Notes: a model not told the origin generated them from the sequence alone. DNA of 64,000 bases from Erysipelotrichaceae bacterium (GCA_015058945.1 SVBF01000007.1:66230-130229), one strand, 5' to 3'. Positions 28,161 to 38,077 are shown, counted from the first letter of the stretch. Numbers and translations: made by a program.

Positions 28161-29558
28161 TCAATCGATGTCGAGCGGGTTCTCGACGCGCCACTCCCCC
28201 ATCTTCGCGAGGACTTTCTCATACCACCCGTTCTCGAAGAAGAGGCATTTGGTGACGTCTTCGTGGAAATAATCTTGGTTTGGCGAATAGAGCAAGCCTA
28301 GTCCCGGGCAACCGCCGTTGCAGGCTTTGTAATAACGGCAGTTGCCGCATTTGTCGTTCTTCACGATTTGCTTTAACAAAGGCGCCGTCGCGAGGTTCAC
28401 GTAATCGCTATGTTTCAATAGTTCGCTTAACGGGGTCTTCAGGCAATTGCCCAAACTGATGCCCTTCTCGAGGAAATAGCCGGACATCTGAAGGCAAGGC
28501 ACCACTTCGCCGCTGCTCGAGACCGCGATCATGCCACGGGTCCCCTTGCACATGGGGATGCGAATGTTGAAGTCTTTCTTGTTGCAGGCGATCGGCACGA
28601 GTTCGTAGCTCTTTTGATTTGGATGCAGGCGCATGTATTGCCAAATGTCGATCTTCATCTTCAACCCGCTTTGGGCGTAAGCGGAGGCAAACTCGAGCAT
28701 GCGGTCGTAATATTCCTCGATCGATAGGCTCGACTGAGGCGAGTTCTTCTCCCACCGCGGCGCTTCGGTCGTGCGGATGATGCGCATCTCGTTGACGCCC
28801 ATCTGCTCGAGCAAAGCCGCCGTCTTCATCATGACGTCAACGTTTTTGCGGTTGACCTGGACCTGCGCCTTCACGCGGAAACCGTTATCTAAGCAGAGCT
28901 TTATGGCTTTGAGGGTCAATTCCTCGGCCTTGGGATGCTGACGGATCCAATTGTGGTAGCAGACGCCGTCATAGGAGATCTTGATCAAGGGACGGCAGCC
29001 GAGTTCCTTGAACACGTCGAGCATCTTTTGGTTCAAAAGCAGGCCGTTGGTGTTGAGCTCGAAGATCATCATGTCGCGTTCGTAGATGGCGCGGACGATG
29101 TCGAGGAAGCGCTTATGGACGAGGGGCTCCCCACCGGTCAATGTGAAGGCGTTGACGCCGACGTCTTTCGCCTGGTCCAAGATCGAAAGGATCTGCTCGA
29201 AACTTAGCTCCGAGTTCAGCGGCGCGTTGTCCTTCGCGTTAAAGCAATGGAGACAATTGAGGTTGCATTTGCCCGTCACCATGAGGTTCATGCGCGGGAA
29301 ATAAAGGTTGTCGTATTCCTTGAAACGGGACCATTCGCTCGGCTTTTGCCCCTTCTCACATTCCTCGATGAGGCCTTGGCGGAGCAAGTCCTCGAGGACG
29401 GGGCTAGGCTTTAAATCGGTCACGCCATCGCAACGAAGCAGGCATTCCATTTCCTCCGCGGAGACGCCAAAGGCGCAGTCCATCCCCTTACGGTAGACCG
29501 CGCGGTCGAGAAAGAGCCATTTCCTTAAGGCGATGTGGTCCTTCAGTCGGTAAAACAT
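28161..29558 (-). CDS. Radical SAM enzyme with C-terminal SPASM domain (peptide-maturase type)
   Basis: CNLNCLHC radical-SAM cluster motif near residue 98 and a C-terminal Cys-rich CGNCRYYKACNGGCPG. The first ~90 residues could be an RRE-like domain. Confidence 0.8.
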   Translation of the reverse strand: MFYRLKDHIALRKWLFLDRAVYRKGMDCAFGVSAEEMECLLRCDGVTDLKPSPVLEDLLRQGLIEECEKGQKPSEWSRFKEYDNLYFPRMNLMVTGKCNLNCLHCFNAKDNAPLNSELSFEQILSILDQAKDVGVNAFTLTGGEPLVHKRFLDIVRAIYERDMMIFELNTNGLLLNQKMLDVFKELGCRPLIKISYDGVCYHNWIRQHPKAEELTLKAIKLCLDNGFRVKAQVQVNRKNVDVMMKTAALLEQMGVNEMRIIRTTEAPRWEKNSPQSSLSIEEYYDRMLEFASAYAQSGLKMKIDIWQYMRLHPNQKSYELVPIACNKKDFNIRIPMCKGTRGMIAVSSSGEVVPCLQMSGYFLEKGISLGNCLKTPLSELLKHSDYVNLATAPLLKQIVKNDKCGNCRYYKACNGGCPGLGLLYSPNQDYFHEDVTKCLFFENGWYEKVLAKMGEWRVENPLDID

Positions 29559-29587
29559 AATGGTCGGTCCACCTTAAAACGAAGAAT

Positions 29588-30343
29588 CTATTGCCCGTCG
29601 AAGAACGCCCAATCGTATTGGGTCATGTATTCGCCGCGATACTGACGGATCGCGTCTTTGTTGCCCTTCTTGTATTCATAGGCGTCGCATTCCACCTTGG
29701 TCACGTCGATGAAGCATTCGGTGTAGCGCTTGACGAAGACGCCTTCCGCCCCCGCTTTGTTGAGAGTGTTTTGGATGTCGGCGATGAGGTTCCTCAAATA
29801 GGAGGGATGGTCCTCTTCCCATAAGACGGCGTTAAGTTCGTTGATGTGGATCGCCGAGCCCTCGCGGTCGACGAGGTAGGCAAAAGCCTCTTTCGATTTC
29901 TTGTAGGAGAAGCGCAAAGGTTCGCCGTCCCAGAAGGCCTCGAAATTGCCGAAGCACTTGATGCGCAGCTTCCGTTGCTTCGAGGAAATGGGATAACGGA
30001 GGTGGCTTAGTTCCTCCATGATCTTGGCCTTGCTCACCGGTTTGGTGACATAACCCGAGGCATGGATTTTATGGGCCTCGAGGGCGTATTGGTCATAGGC
30101 GGTGACGAAGATGACGTTGATCTCTGGGTTAACGAACTGCAGCCTTTTGGCGAGCTGGACGCCGTTAGTGCCAGGCATCTCGATGTCGAGGAATGCGAGG
30201 TCGAAAATCTGCTCCTTCGTGGCATCCATCGCTTCCTTGGAATTTGAAAAAGAGTGCGTTTTTGCGTCCGGAATGGCCTCTTTTACGGCTTTTTCGAGAC
30301 GTAGGAGCTGCAAGGGCTCGTCATCGACCAACATGATGTTCAT
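29588..30343 (-). CDS. Response regulator, REC domain + SARP/OmpR-type winged-helix with truncated BTAD
   Basis: N-terminal MLVDDEP...DLAFLDIEMPG receiver, then a C-terminal RIKCFGNFEAFWDGEPLRFSYKKSKEAFAYLV segment and WAFF. Confidence 0.75.
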   Translation of the reverse strand: MNIMLVDDEPLQLLRLEKAVKEAIPDAKTHSFSNSKEAMDATKEQIFDLAFLDIEMPGTNGVQLAKRLQFVNPEINVIFVTAYDQYALEAHKIHASGYVTKPVSKAKIMEELSHLRYPISSKQRKLRIKCFGNFEAFWDGEPLRFSYKKSKEAFAYLVDREGSAIHINELNAVLWEEDHPSYLRNLIADIQNTLNKAGAEGVFVKRYTECFIDVTKVECDAYEYKKGNKDAIRQYRGEYMTQYDWAFFDGQ

Positions 30344-30372
30344 CTTCTTCCCTCCGTCCGAATTTTCAGGGT

Positions 30373-32262
30373 TTAAAAACGCTTCTTGAGCACGAGCATG
30401 TTCTTGCCGTTGATGCGATCATAGGCGCATTCGGTCATGATGCTCTTGACGATATGGATGCCAAGTCCACCGACGTGGGCGAGGCTTTGCTCGGTGCCGA
30501 CGTCAGGGTTATCGACGTCGAGCTGATTGAACGGCTTGCCGTGGTCGATGACCGTGAGGACGAATTCGTTCTCGTCTTCGTTGAAGAGGAGGCGGAGGAA
30601 GACGTCGCCCGTCCCATCGGAGTCGGCATAACCATAGTTGATGATGTTGGACACGAGTTCGTCGCCGACGATGACGAGTTTGTTTTTGAAGTCGTCGGGG
30701 AAATGGTGTTCCTCGCCGAAGCCGCTAATCATGCCGAGGATCTGCGGGACGCTCTCCTTCGCCGCGGCGAAGCTCTGCTCCTTATAGGAATAGGAGCCGC
30801 CGCGGTATTTGAGGGTCAGATAAGTGATGTCGTCGCTTTGGGGCGCCCCAGCCACGAAGGCGTTGACGTCGTCTTTGATGGAACGGTGGAGTTCGACGAC
30901 GCTGCCATAGGGGCGGCGGTTCATCGTCTCAAGGAAGCGCTTCTCGCCATAGAAATCTCCGGCCCCGTTACGCGCCTCGGTGACGCCATCGGTATAAAGG
31001 GTGATGCTTTCGCCGGGCTTAAGGACGATGGTCTCGTCGCGGACGAAGACATCCTTGAAGCAGCCTAAGAGAAAACCGGAGTTGCAGGTGAGGTAATGAA
31101 AATCCTGGCTTAGGCCCACGATCGGGGGGTTATGGCCCGCATTAGCGAACTGCAACGTCCCATCGCGCTTATTGAGGATGGCGAGGAAGGCCGTGACGAA
31201 CATGCTGGATTTGTTGCCCTTGAAGATGGACGCGTTGATATCAGCGAGGATCTGCGAAGGGGTCTTGCCCGAAGTCGCCGCGTCGCGGAAGGAGGTGATG
31301 GTCTTCATCATGAACATGGCCGCGGGCACGCCTTTGCCGGAGACGTCGCCGATGAGGATCGCGACATGGTCGTCGTCGATATCGACATAGTCATAGAGGT
31401 CGCCGCCGACTTCCTTGGCCGCGCGTAGCTCCGCCACGATCTCGACGTCCTTGGAGGAGATGGTCTCGGAGGGCAACGTGTTCATCTGGATGTCCTTCGC
31501 GACCTCGAGTTCGGTCTTGCTCTTCTGGTATTCGCCGTTGACGCTGATCTCGCTCTCCATCAAGTCGTTCGTACGACGGTTGAGGAAGTACATCGAGAGG
31601 AAGAGCAACGTGACGAAAAGCGCCCTGCCGAGGTAATAGTTCGCGAAAATGTTGATGAAGCGGTTCTCCCCCACTTTCCCGAGGTCGACCAGATATTGCC
31701 ATCTGCCTTGGGCGGTATCGGGGTAGGCGTCGGGGAGGAGGCGGTTATAGATGAGCTGGGATTCCTTGTCAAGCTGACCGGAGAAGAGGTTCGCGTCGAA
31801 TTCGCCATAGAAAACGCCAAGGCCAAGGGCGATGAGCATCTCGATAAGGACCGCGATGAAGATCGACCGGCACACCTTGGGACTGTAATAATGGGCCGTT
31901 AACGCAATGCAAACCGCCCATCCGAGCACGGCGTGCTTGGGCATGATGACGTTCAAGACGCCGATCGCGAGGACGAAGAGGCCAAGCAGGAAGTATTTGT
32001 ACTTCGGATGCGCCAGGAATTTGGACTTTATCCAAAACATCGGCGAAACCAAGAAGAAGATGGTGATCGGAATGACGATAATCGTCATCCGGTAGGTGCT
32101 CTCGCCGACGGTGAAGAGCTTGAAGAGGTATCCGAAATAGACGAGGAAAAGCAAAATCGCGGTGAAAAGCGCCGCGAAGGACATGTGCCAGTTCGCGCTG
32201 CGCTCGTTTACGAGATATGCTTCGCGGCTCTCTTGTTCCGCCTTCATTGCTTCATTCCCCAA
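30373..32262 (-). CDS. Membrane-bound PP2C (SpoIIE-like) phosphatase fused to an RsbW/SpoIIAB-like GHKL serine-kinase domain
   Basis: About 8 TM helices, then PP2C motifs GDVSGKGVPAAMFMM and TDGVTEA, then a C-terminal ELVSNIINYG...DHGKPF...GGLGIHIV (N, G1, G2 boxes). Confidence 0.75.
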   Translation of the reverse strand: MGNEAMKAEQESREAYLVNERSANWHMSFAALFTAILLFLVYFGYLFKLFTVGESTYRMTIIVIPITIFFLVSPMFWIKSKFLAHPKYKYFLLGLFVLAIGVLNVIMPKHAVLGWAVCIALTAHYYSPKVCRSIFIAVLIEMLIALGLGVFYGEFDANLFSGQLDKESQLIYNRLLPDAYPDTAQGRWQYLVDLGKVGENRFINIFANYYLGRALFVTLLFLSMYFLNRRTNDLMESEISVNGEYQKSKTELEVAKDIQMNTLPSETISSKDVEIVAELRAAKEVGGDLYDYVDIDDDHVAILIGDVSGKGVPAAMFMMKTITSFRDAATSGKTPSQILADINASIFKGNKSSMFVTAFLAILNKRDGTLQFANAGHNPPIVGLSQDFHYLTCNSGFLLGCFKDVFVRDETIVLKPGESITLYTDGVTEARNGAGDFYGEKRFLETMNRRPYGSVVELHRSIKDDVNAFVAGAPQSDDITYLTLKYRGGSYSYKEQSFAAAKESVPQILGMISGFGEEHHFPDDFKNKLVIVGDELVSNIINYGYADSDGTGDVFLRLLFNEDENEFVLTVIDHGKPFNQLDVDNPDVGTEQSLAHVGGLGIHIVKSIMTECAYDRINGKNMLVLKKRF

Positions 32263-32268
32263 CGATTA

Positions 32269-32562
32269 TTAGAGCTTCTCGATTTTCATCAGGTTCTGGA
32301 AGCCGACCATCTCGAAGATGTCGTAGACCCCAGAGGGGACGCGGACGAGGCGGGTATCGTCGTAACGCTGCTTGAGGCGCACGATGATGCGAAGTCCGGC
32401 GGAGGAGATGTAACGGAGCTCCGCCATGTCGACGACGATGGAGCTCGGCTCGGTCGATTTGAGGATCTCCTCGACCTCCTTCTCCACCTCCTCGGAGTTG
32501 AAAGAGTTGAGTTCGCCCTCCAAATAGAGGGTCAACACTTTGTTTTCGATGGTATGTTTCAT
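32269..32562 (-). CDS. STAS-domain anti-sigma-factor antagonist-like protein
   Basis: 97 aa with the LRYISSAGLRIIV STAS core and a conserved Ser. Confidence 0.75.
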   Translation of the reverse strand: MKHTIENKVLTLYLEGELNSFNSEEVEKEVEEILKSTEPSSIVVDMAELRYISSAGLRIIVRLKQRYDDTRLVRVPSGVYDIFEMVGFQNLMKIEKL

Positions 32563-32573
32563 ATAAGGCCTCC

Positions 32574-34748
32574 TTATTTTGTGTCTAGCCTTTGCCGTTC
32601 GACGAGTTCGGCGAACCGGCCTTTTTTCGCTAATAGCGATTCATAGTCCCCGCTTTCGACCACGCGCCCGTCCTCGAGCATCAGGATGCGGTCGGCATGC
32701 TGGATGGTCGAGAGGCGATGGGCGATCACGATGCGGGTGCAGTTGAGCTTGTCGATCGCTTCGGAGATGCTCCGCTGCGTCTTGTTGTCGAGGGCGCTCG
32801 TGGCCTCGTCGAAGATGAGGATCTTCGGACGATGGACGATGGCCCGGGCGATCATGATGCGCTGCTTTTGCCCGCCCGAGATGCCGCCTTGGCCCTCGGA
32901 GATGACCGTCTTCATCTTCATCGGCATCGCGCGGATGTCGTTGGCGATGTCGGCGATTTCCGCCGCCTCCCACGCGTCTTTCTCGGTGAGGTTCGGGGCG
33001 GAGATGATGATGTTGGACAAGATGTCCGCATGGAAGAGGTTGCCCCCTTGCATGACGGTACCGATCTTGCGCCGCAACGAAGGCAAGTCGATGTCGTCCA
33101 TCGGAATGTCGTCGTAGAGGATGGTGCCAGAAGTCGGTTTCTCGAAGCCGAGAAGCAAACGCACGAAGGTCGATTTGCCGCACCCCGTCCTACCGACGAT
33201 GGCGACGTATTCGCCTTCGCGAATGTCTAACGACAGGTGGTCCAAAACATCCGGTCCGCCTTCATTATACTGGAAAGAAACATTGTCGAAACGGATATTT
33301 CCGTTCACGTGTTCCATGACGATTTTGCCTTGGATATTCTCGCTTTCGGCGGAGAGGATCGGTCGCGCGAGCTCAAATAACGGGGGCACCGTGAAGGAGA
33401 CCTCCACGATGCGGCCCACCGAGACGAAGGCGGCGGAGAGGATGCCATAGCTCGTCACGAAGGCCATGTAGTCGTCGACGGCGACGTTATATCTCGCGGC
33501 GAGGAAATAGATCGCCACGTTGCCGAGCAAAGTGATGAGCAAGGTGATCGCCGGGGCCAAGCGGATGATCAGCGGTGGGCTATAACGTGCCCTCGCGGCA
33601 CGATAATACACGCTCGCCCATTTGGCGAAGACGCGCTTCTCCGAGCCGGAGAGGCGGATCTTTTGGATGCCGTTGATCATCTCGTAGGTCACGCCGGACT
33701 CTTTGGAGGAGAGCTCGAGTTGTTTGGTCATGTGCCCCTTTCGCACGACGGAGACGATGACGGTGAACAAGGTCGAGGCGACCAGAATCAAAACGACGGG
33801 CAGGATCAACACGGGGGCAAAGCCCGCGAGCTGGAAGAGGTAGACCAAGGACATCACCGAGGAGATCAAGGCCGCGAAGATGCCGTTGACGATGGTGTTC
33901 GCAAGCAGTGGCACCGCGTTGAAGCGGGCGGTCATCTCGCCGGTGTTGTATTTCTTGAAGAAAGAGGGCGGTAGCGAAAACACGCGCATCATCGTCGCCT
34001 CCTGGATCGCCTTCTCGCGACGGATGGCGATATGCGAATTGACGAAGGTCTGCACCGCCTTGAGGAGCAATAAGCCGGTCGCGGTCGCGACGACGTAGAT
34101 CGAGATCGCGACGTATTGGACGATGTTTTTGTCCTGCACCACTTCGCCGGTCAAGATCTTGGTGAGGTAAGGCAAAAGCGCCCCGACCCCCACCACCGAT
34201 GCGGAGAGCACGCCATAGACGACCGTCTCCCAAAGGCGGATCGATTTGCGGATGTAACGGATGTATTCCTTTAACGACACCTTTTGGGTCGGCAGGGCGC
34301 GGTAGAAGCTATAGGCCTCCGCCTCGAGCTTATCGAAGATGCTTTCGGCGAGGCGCGTCTTCTTGCCCGTCTTGAAGTTGACGTAATAATAGCCCTTCTC
34401 GCCGCGAGGCAAGAGGACGACCGGGTTATGGCCCTCCTTGGTGAAGACGAGCAAAGGCGAAAGGTCGCCTTCTTTGATCGAGTCCTTGAGTTCGACCTTA
34501 TGGTATTGGATCTCATAGGGACGGAGAGCGTAATTGAACTTCTCCATCAGGGTGACGATGGAAGAGGGGATGTCGCCGAGCTGATGATGGTAGAAGGAAA
34601 GGACTTGGGCGACGGCTTGGTTCTCGCGCAGCGCTTTCTCGTCGAGCTGCCCGGAGGTATCCATTCCGGCGAGCGAACGGAAAGAATCCTCGAACGTCGC
34701 TTCGTCGAGTTTTCTGCGTTTGGCGATTTGTTCTTCGAACCAGCCCAT
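32574..34748 (-). CDS. NHLM-type bacteriocin-system ABC transporter, ATP-binding/permease subunit with non-peptidase N-terminal domain
   Basis: The N-terminal ~170 aa lack a catalytic Cys, then 6 TM, then an ABC ATPase (GRTGCGKST, LSGGQKQR, ILIFDEATS). Confidence 0.75.
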   Translation of the reverse strand: MGWFEEQIAKRRKLDEATFEDSFRSLAGMDTSGQLDEKALRENQAVAQVLSFYHHQLGDIPSSIVTLMEKFNYALRPYEIQYHKVELKDSIKEGDLSPLLVFTKEGHNPVVLLPRGEKGYYYVNFKTGKKTRLAESIFDKLEAEAYSFYRALPTQKVSLKEYIRYIRKSIRLWETVVYGVLSASVVGVGALLPYLTKILTGEVVQDKNIVQYVAISIYVVATATGLLLLKAVQTFVNSHIAIRREKAIQEATMMRVFSLPPSFFKKYNTGEMTARFNAVPLLANTIVNGIFAALISSVMSLVYLFQLAGFAPVLILPVVLILVASTLFTVIVSVVRKGHMTKQLELSSKESGVTYEMINGIQKIRLSGSEKRVFAKWASVYYRAARARYSPPLIIRLAPAITLLITLLGNVAIYFLAARYNVAVDDYMAFVTSYGILSAAFVSVGRIVEVSFTVPPLFELARPILSAESENIQGKIVMEHVNGNIRFDNVSFQYNEGGPDVLDHLSLDIREGEYVAIVGRTGCGKSTFVRLLLGFEKPTSGTILYDDIPMDDIDLPSLRRKIGTVMQGGNLFHADILSNIIISAPNLTEKDAWEAAEIADIANDIRAMPMKMKTVISEGQGGISGGQKQRIMIARAIVHRPKILIFDEATSALDNKTQRSISEAIDKLNCTRIVIAHRLSTIQHADRILMLEDGRVVESGDYESLLAKKGRFAELVERQRLDTK

Positions 34749-34761
34749 CCGTTCCTCCTTC

Positions 34762-36930
34762 CTACTCGTTGGTCACGAGCTCATAATACGGTCCTTTGGC
34801 CGCCATGAGCTCCTCGTGGGTCCCCTGCTCCGCGATCTCGCCGCCCTCGAGCATGACGATCAAATCCGCGTCGCGGATGGTCGAGAGACGGTGGGCGATG
34901 ACGATGGTCGTGATGCCCCTGGCCTTGACGGCGCGGACGACGTCGTATTCCGTCTTCGCGTCGAGGGCGCTCGTGGCTTCGTCGAGGATGATGATGCTCG
35001 GGTCGGCCGCGAGGGAACGGGCGATCTCCAAACGCTGTTTCTCGCCGCCGGAGAAGTTGCGCCCGCCTTCGAGCACCGCCGCGTTATACCCGCCTTCGCG
35101 CTGCATGATCTGGCGATGAATCTGGGCGTCGTTGCAGGCCATGATGATCTCGTAGTCCTCAATGGACTCATCCCACATGCGGATGTTGTTCGCGACCGTG
35201 TCCTCATAGAGGGTGATGTCCTGATCGACGACGGCGATGGAAGAGGTGAAGATCTCGTGGTCGATCTCCTCGATTCGCTTGCCATCAAAGATGATTTCGC
35301 CAGACCACGGCGAATAAAGGCCAGAGATCAGTTTGGAGAGCGTCGACTTGCCGCTGCCGGTCGAGCCGACGATCGCCACCTTTTGACCCTGCTTGATCTC
35401 GAGGTTGAAGTGGCGCAACACGGGTTCGTCCAAGGGCGAGTAGCCGAAGGTGACGTCGCGCAGGACGAGGTTGCCCTTGACCTTGGCGACGTTATCCATG
35501 GCCACCGAACGGGTGACGTTGGCGTCGAGGGGGTATTCGATGACGTCGTCGACGCGCTCCATCTGGGTGCGCATCTCCTGCAGGGTCTGACCGCTGTTGA
35601 TTAAGGTCATGGCCGGGGACATGAATAAACTCAAAATCGCCTGGAAGGACAAAATGGAACCGACGGTGAACTGGCCCTTGATGACGTAATAGATGCCGAG
35701 GACCAACACCGAATAGTTCGCGATAAGCGTGAGGAAGGCGGGCAAGATGCCGAGGGTTTGGTTCACCCGCGACATGCGGATCTTGCCTTTGGTGACGTTT
35801 TCCTCGACCTCCGCCCAGGTGTCGTAATAGGCCGCCTCGGCGCCGTTGCTCTTGATGGTCTCGATCATCTCGATGCCTTTGGAGGTCATGGCGGAAAGCT
35901 TGGCGGCATCGCGGGATTGGACGCGGGAGATGTTGACCCTGATCTTGGAGATGCGGTTGGAGATGAAGCCGTTGAGGACAATCGTCACCACGCCAAGAAG
36001 GGCGAGCGTCGCGCTTTTTTGGATCATGATGGTCAGGTAGACGACGATCATGATGGCGTTGAAGAAAAGCGGCGCGAAGACGTTCACGAGCGTTTCGGCG
36101 ATCGAGGCGTTCTCGCTTTGGCGCGACTGCAGATCGCCAACCATTCTCTGGGAGAAGAAATTGATGGGGAGGCGGAGGATGCGCCACATGTAGGATGTCG
36201 AGCCGATGAGGTCGAGTTTGCCGCTGATCTTATACGAATAGAGGGCCTGCACCCCCGTCACGACGACCTGCAGCAACCCGATGAGCCCGAACAAGGTCAA
36301 AAAGGGATAGAGCCAATCCGGGTTACGCCCGGCGAGCAGATAGTCGACGAAAACCTGCTCCATCGCCGGGGAGATGATGGTGAAGAGGTAGACGACGACC
36401 GAGGTGATGGAAAAGAACGCCATCAGAGGCACCGCGCCTTTGAGGCGGCGCTTAGCAAAGCCGATGATGGACTTCTTCTTGCCGCCGGGGACGAATTCCT
36501 CGGTGGGGACGATCTCCAAATAGACGCCGGTGAAGTACTCGTCGAAGGTCGCGACGTCGAGTTTCATCTGCCCACGCGCGGGGTCGTTGATGTACACCTT
36601 GTTGCCGCGGAAGCCGGAGACGACGACGAAATGGCCGCCGTTCCAGTGGACGATCGCGGGGAACTTGCCCCGCTGCTTGAGCTTCAACGCGTTAAGGGCG
36701 TAGCCTTTCGTGGCGAAGCCGTACTTACGGGCCGCTTGGAGGATGTTCTTCGCGCTCGAGCCGTTACGGGAGACGCCGCAATCGACGCGTAGTTGCTCTA
36801 ACGGCACCCATTTGCCGTAATAGGCCATGACCATGGCCAAAGAAGCCGCGCCGCATTCGAGGGCCTCGAGCTGCATGATGATGGGGACGTTGGCGACCCC
36901 TTTGGTTTTGGGCGTCTTGACCTTTCTCAT
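34762..36930 (-). CDS. ABC transporter with N-terminal C39 double-glycine peptidase domain (peptidase/permease/ATPase)
   Basis: QLEALECGAASLAMVMAYYG and HFVVV C39 motifs with TM and ABC domains. ATG at 36930 forms an ATGA overlap with the upstream gene stop; the track ORF start 36984 lies inside the upstream ORF. Confidence 0.8.
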   Translation of the reverse strand: MRKVKTPKTKGVANVPIIMQLEALECGAASLAMVMAYYGKWVPLEQLRVDCGVSRNGSSAKNILQAARKYGFATKGYALNALKLKQRGKFPAIVHWNGGHFVVVSGFRGNKVYINDPARGQMKLDVATFDEYFTGVYLEIVPTEEFVPGGKKKSIIGFAKRRLKGAVPLMAFFSITSVVVYLFTIISPAMEQVFVDYLLAGRNPDWLYPFLTLFGLIGLLQVVVTGVQALYSYKISGKLDLIGSTSYMWRILRLPINFFSQRMVGDLQSRQSENASIAETLVNVFAPLFFNAIMIVVYLTIMIQKSATLALLGVVTIVLNGFISNRISKIRVNISRVQSRDAAKLSAMTSKGIEMIETIKSNGAEAAYYDTWAEVEENVTKGKIRMSRVNQTLGILPAFLTLIANYSVLVLGIYYVIKGQFTVGSILSFQAILSLFMSPAMTLINSGQTLQEMRTQMERVDDVIEYPLDANVTRSVAMDNVAKVKGNLVLRDVTFGYSPLDEPVLRHFNLEIKQGQKVAIVGSTGSGKSTLSKLISGLYSPWSGEIIFDGKRIEEIDHEIFTSSIAVVDQDITLYEDTVANNIRMWDESIEDYEIIMACNDAQIHRQIMQREGGYNAAVLEGGRNFSGGEKQRLEIARSLAADPSIIILDEATSALDAKTEYDVVRAVKARGITTIVIAHRLSTIRDADLIVMLEGGEIAEQGTHEELMAAKGPYYELVTNE

Positions 36931-37319
36931 TGCGCGTTTCCGAACAGGAATTCGATCGGTCGGACCTCGCGATAGATGACGCAAAAGGGGTATTCGCCGT
37001 CCGCGACGTCAAACACCGACGCCATCACGCTTGACCCTTCGACGAAAGTGATCGAGCCTTCCTTGCCTGAGATGATGACCTTTTGCCCCACCGCGATCTT
37101 GGGACGGTCGTCCACTTGGACCAGTAACGTCGCCTCCCCATCGAGGACCTCGGCCGTGCCGAATGCCCGAAGCGGGAGGATGGTGAGCGTCGACCAGAGG
37201 AAAAGAGAAAGCAGCGAAACCGCCACCGAGGCCAGAATGACCCAGGTGACCGGCGAGGTGCGCTGGAGGTGACGGTTGAGCTCCTCCGGGCTCGAAATGT
37301 TCGCTTCGCTCTTCTTCAT
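36927..37319 (-). CDS. Mini HlyD-like secretion/membrane-fusion protein (N-terminal TM + beta domain)
   Basis: 130 aa; TM helix then VQVDDRPKIAVGQKVIIS...GSITFVEG, resembling an HlyD C-terminal barrel. It is the first gene of the operon. Confidence 0.45.
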   Translation of the reverse strand: MKKSEANISSPEELNRHLQRTSPVTWVILASVAVSLLSLFLWSTLTILPLRAFGTAEVLDGEATLLVQVDDRPKIAVGQKVIISGKEGSITFVEGSSVMASVFDVADGEYPFCVIYREVRPIEFLFGNAQ

Positions 37320-37366
37320 GGGGGCAAAAAGGAAAAGGTTTTCGTTTGATTATAGTGTACGCACGA

Positions 37367-37410
37367 GCGCAAAAAAAGCGCGAACACGCGTGTTTTCGCG
37401 TCGCGCTTTG
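37367..37410 (-). terminator. Rho-independent terminator of the deoxyribosyltransferase gene
   Basis: GCGCGA...TCGCGC stem followed by T7 in the minus sense. A TATAAT-like element for the downstream operon follows at about 37345-37355. Confidence 0.55.
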
Positions 37411-37495
37411 CTTGGGGTTATTTGGATAAGCCGGAGGCGAAGAGAGTGCCGGAAGGGCCGACCGCGACCGGCGGGGTAAGCGGCTTTATCTCGAT

Positions 37496-37969
37496 TTAGA
37501 GTTCGTGGTGGTCCAAATATTCCGTCAACGCGGCGATGGCCTGCTCGCCGTTGCTGCCCACGAAAAGCGCGTTGAGGCAGCCACTTATCATGGGATTATA
37601 GGTAAGCTTCATCGTCTCCACACGGGAATCGGTGCGGAAACCATAGCAAGGTTTGCCGATCGCATAAGCCATGCCGAGTTCGACGCAGGTCCCATCGTCG
37701 GGCACGCGTCCGTCGAGGATGGCGAAGAAAATGTCCGCCTTCTGCACTTCGTTCCAATCCCTGGCGAAGATCTTCTTGACGAGGTCCGCTTCGTTTAGCC
37801 CGGTGAGTTCGGCGGCTAGATAGCCGTCCCTCTGAGGAAGAAAAACCTTGTAGCCATATTCTTCGAGGATATGGACGATCTTGAGGTTGTATTCGAGTTC
37901 GGCCGCGCTGAACAAGGGAGCGGCGAAATAGATGCTCTTTGCGCTTTTCTTCATATGCTTGTCTCCCAT
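37496..37969 (-). CDS. Nucleoside 2-deoxyribosyltransferase family protein
   Basis: IYFAAPLFS...E N-terminal signature and a conserved C-terminal region. Confidence 0.65.
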   Translation of the reverse strand: MGDKHMKKSAKSIYFAAPLFSAAELEYNLKIVHILEEYGYKVFLPQRDGYLAAELTGLNEADLVKKIFARDWNEVQKADIFFAILDGRVPDDGTCVELGMAYAIGKPCYGFRTDSRVETMKLTYNPMISGCLNALFVGSNGEQAIAALTEYLDHHEL

Positions 37970-38027
37970 CGCCGTATTCGCTTTGCCACATTATACCCTA
38001 CGCTCATGCCAAATAAGGATTGTTCCT

Positions 38028-38061
38028 AAAGGGAAAACAAAACCGCCATAAAGGACGGTTT
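38028..38061 (-). terminator. Weak terminator after the precursor peptide gene
   Basis: AAACCGTCCTTTATGGCGGTTT hairpin + TGTTTTCCC in the minus sense. Confidence 0.4.
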
Positions 38062-38077
38062 GTGGGTCGACCTCGGA

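Noticed and set aside
34762-36984. Track start at 36984 for the C39-ABC transporter (740 aa)
   Set aside because: That start lies inside the upstream mini-HlyD ORF. ATG at 36930 gives an ATGA stop/start overlap and places the C39 Cys at a typical position, so I prefer 36930.
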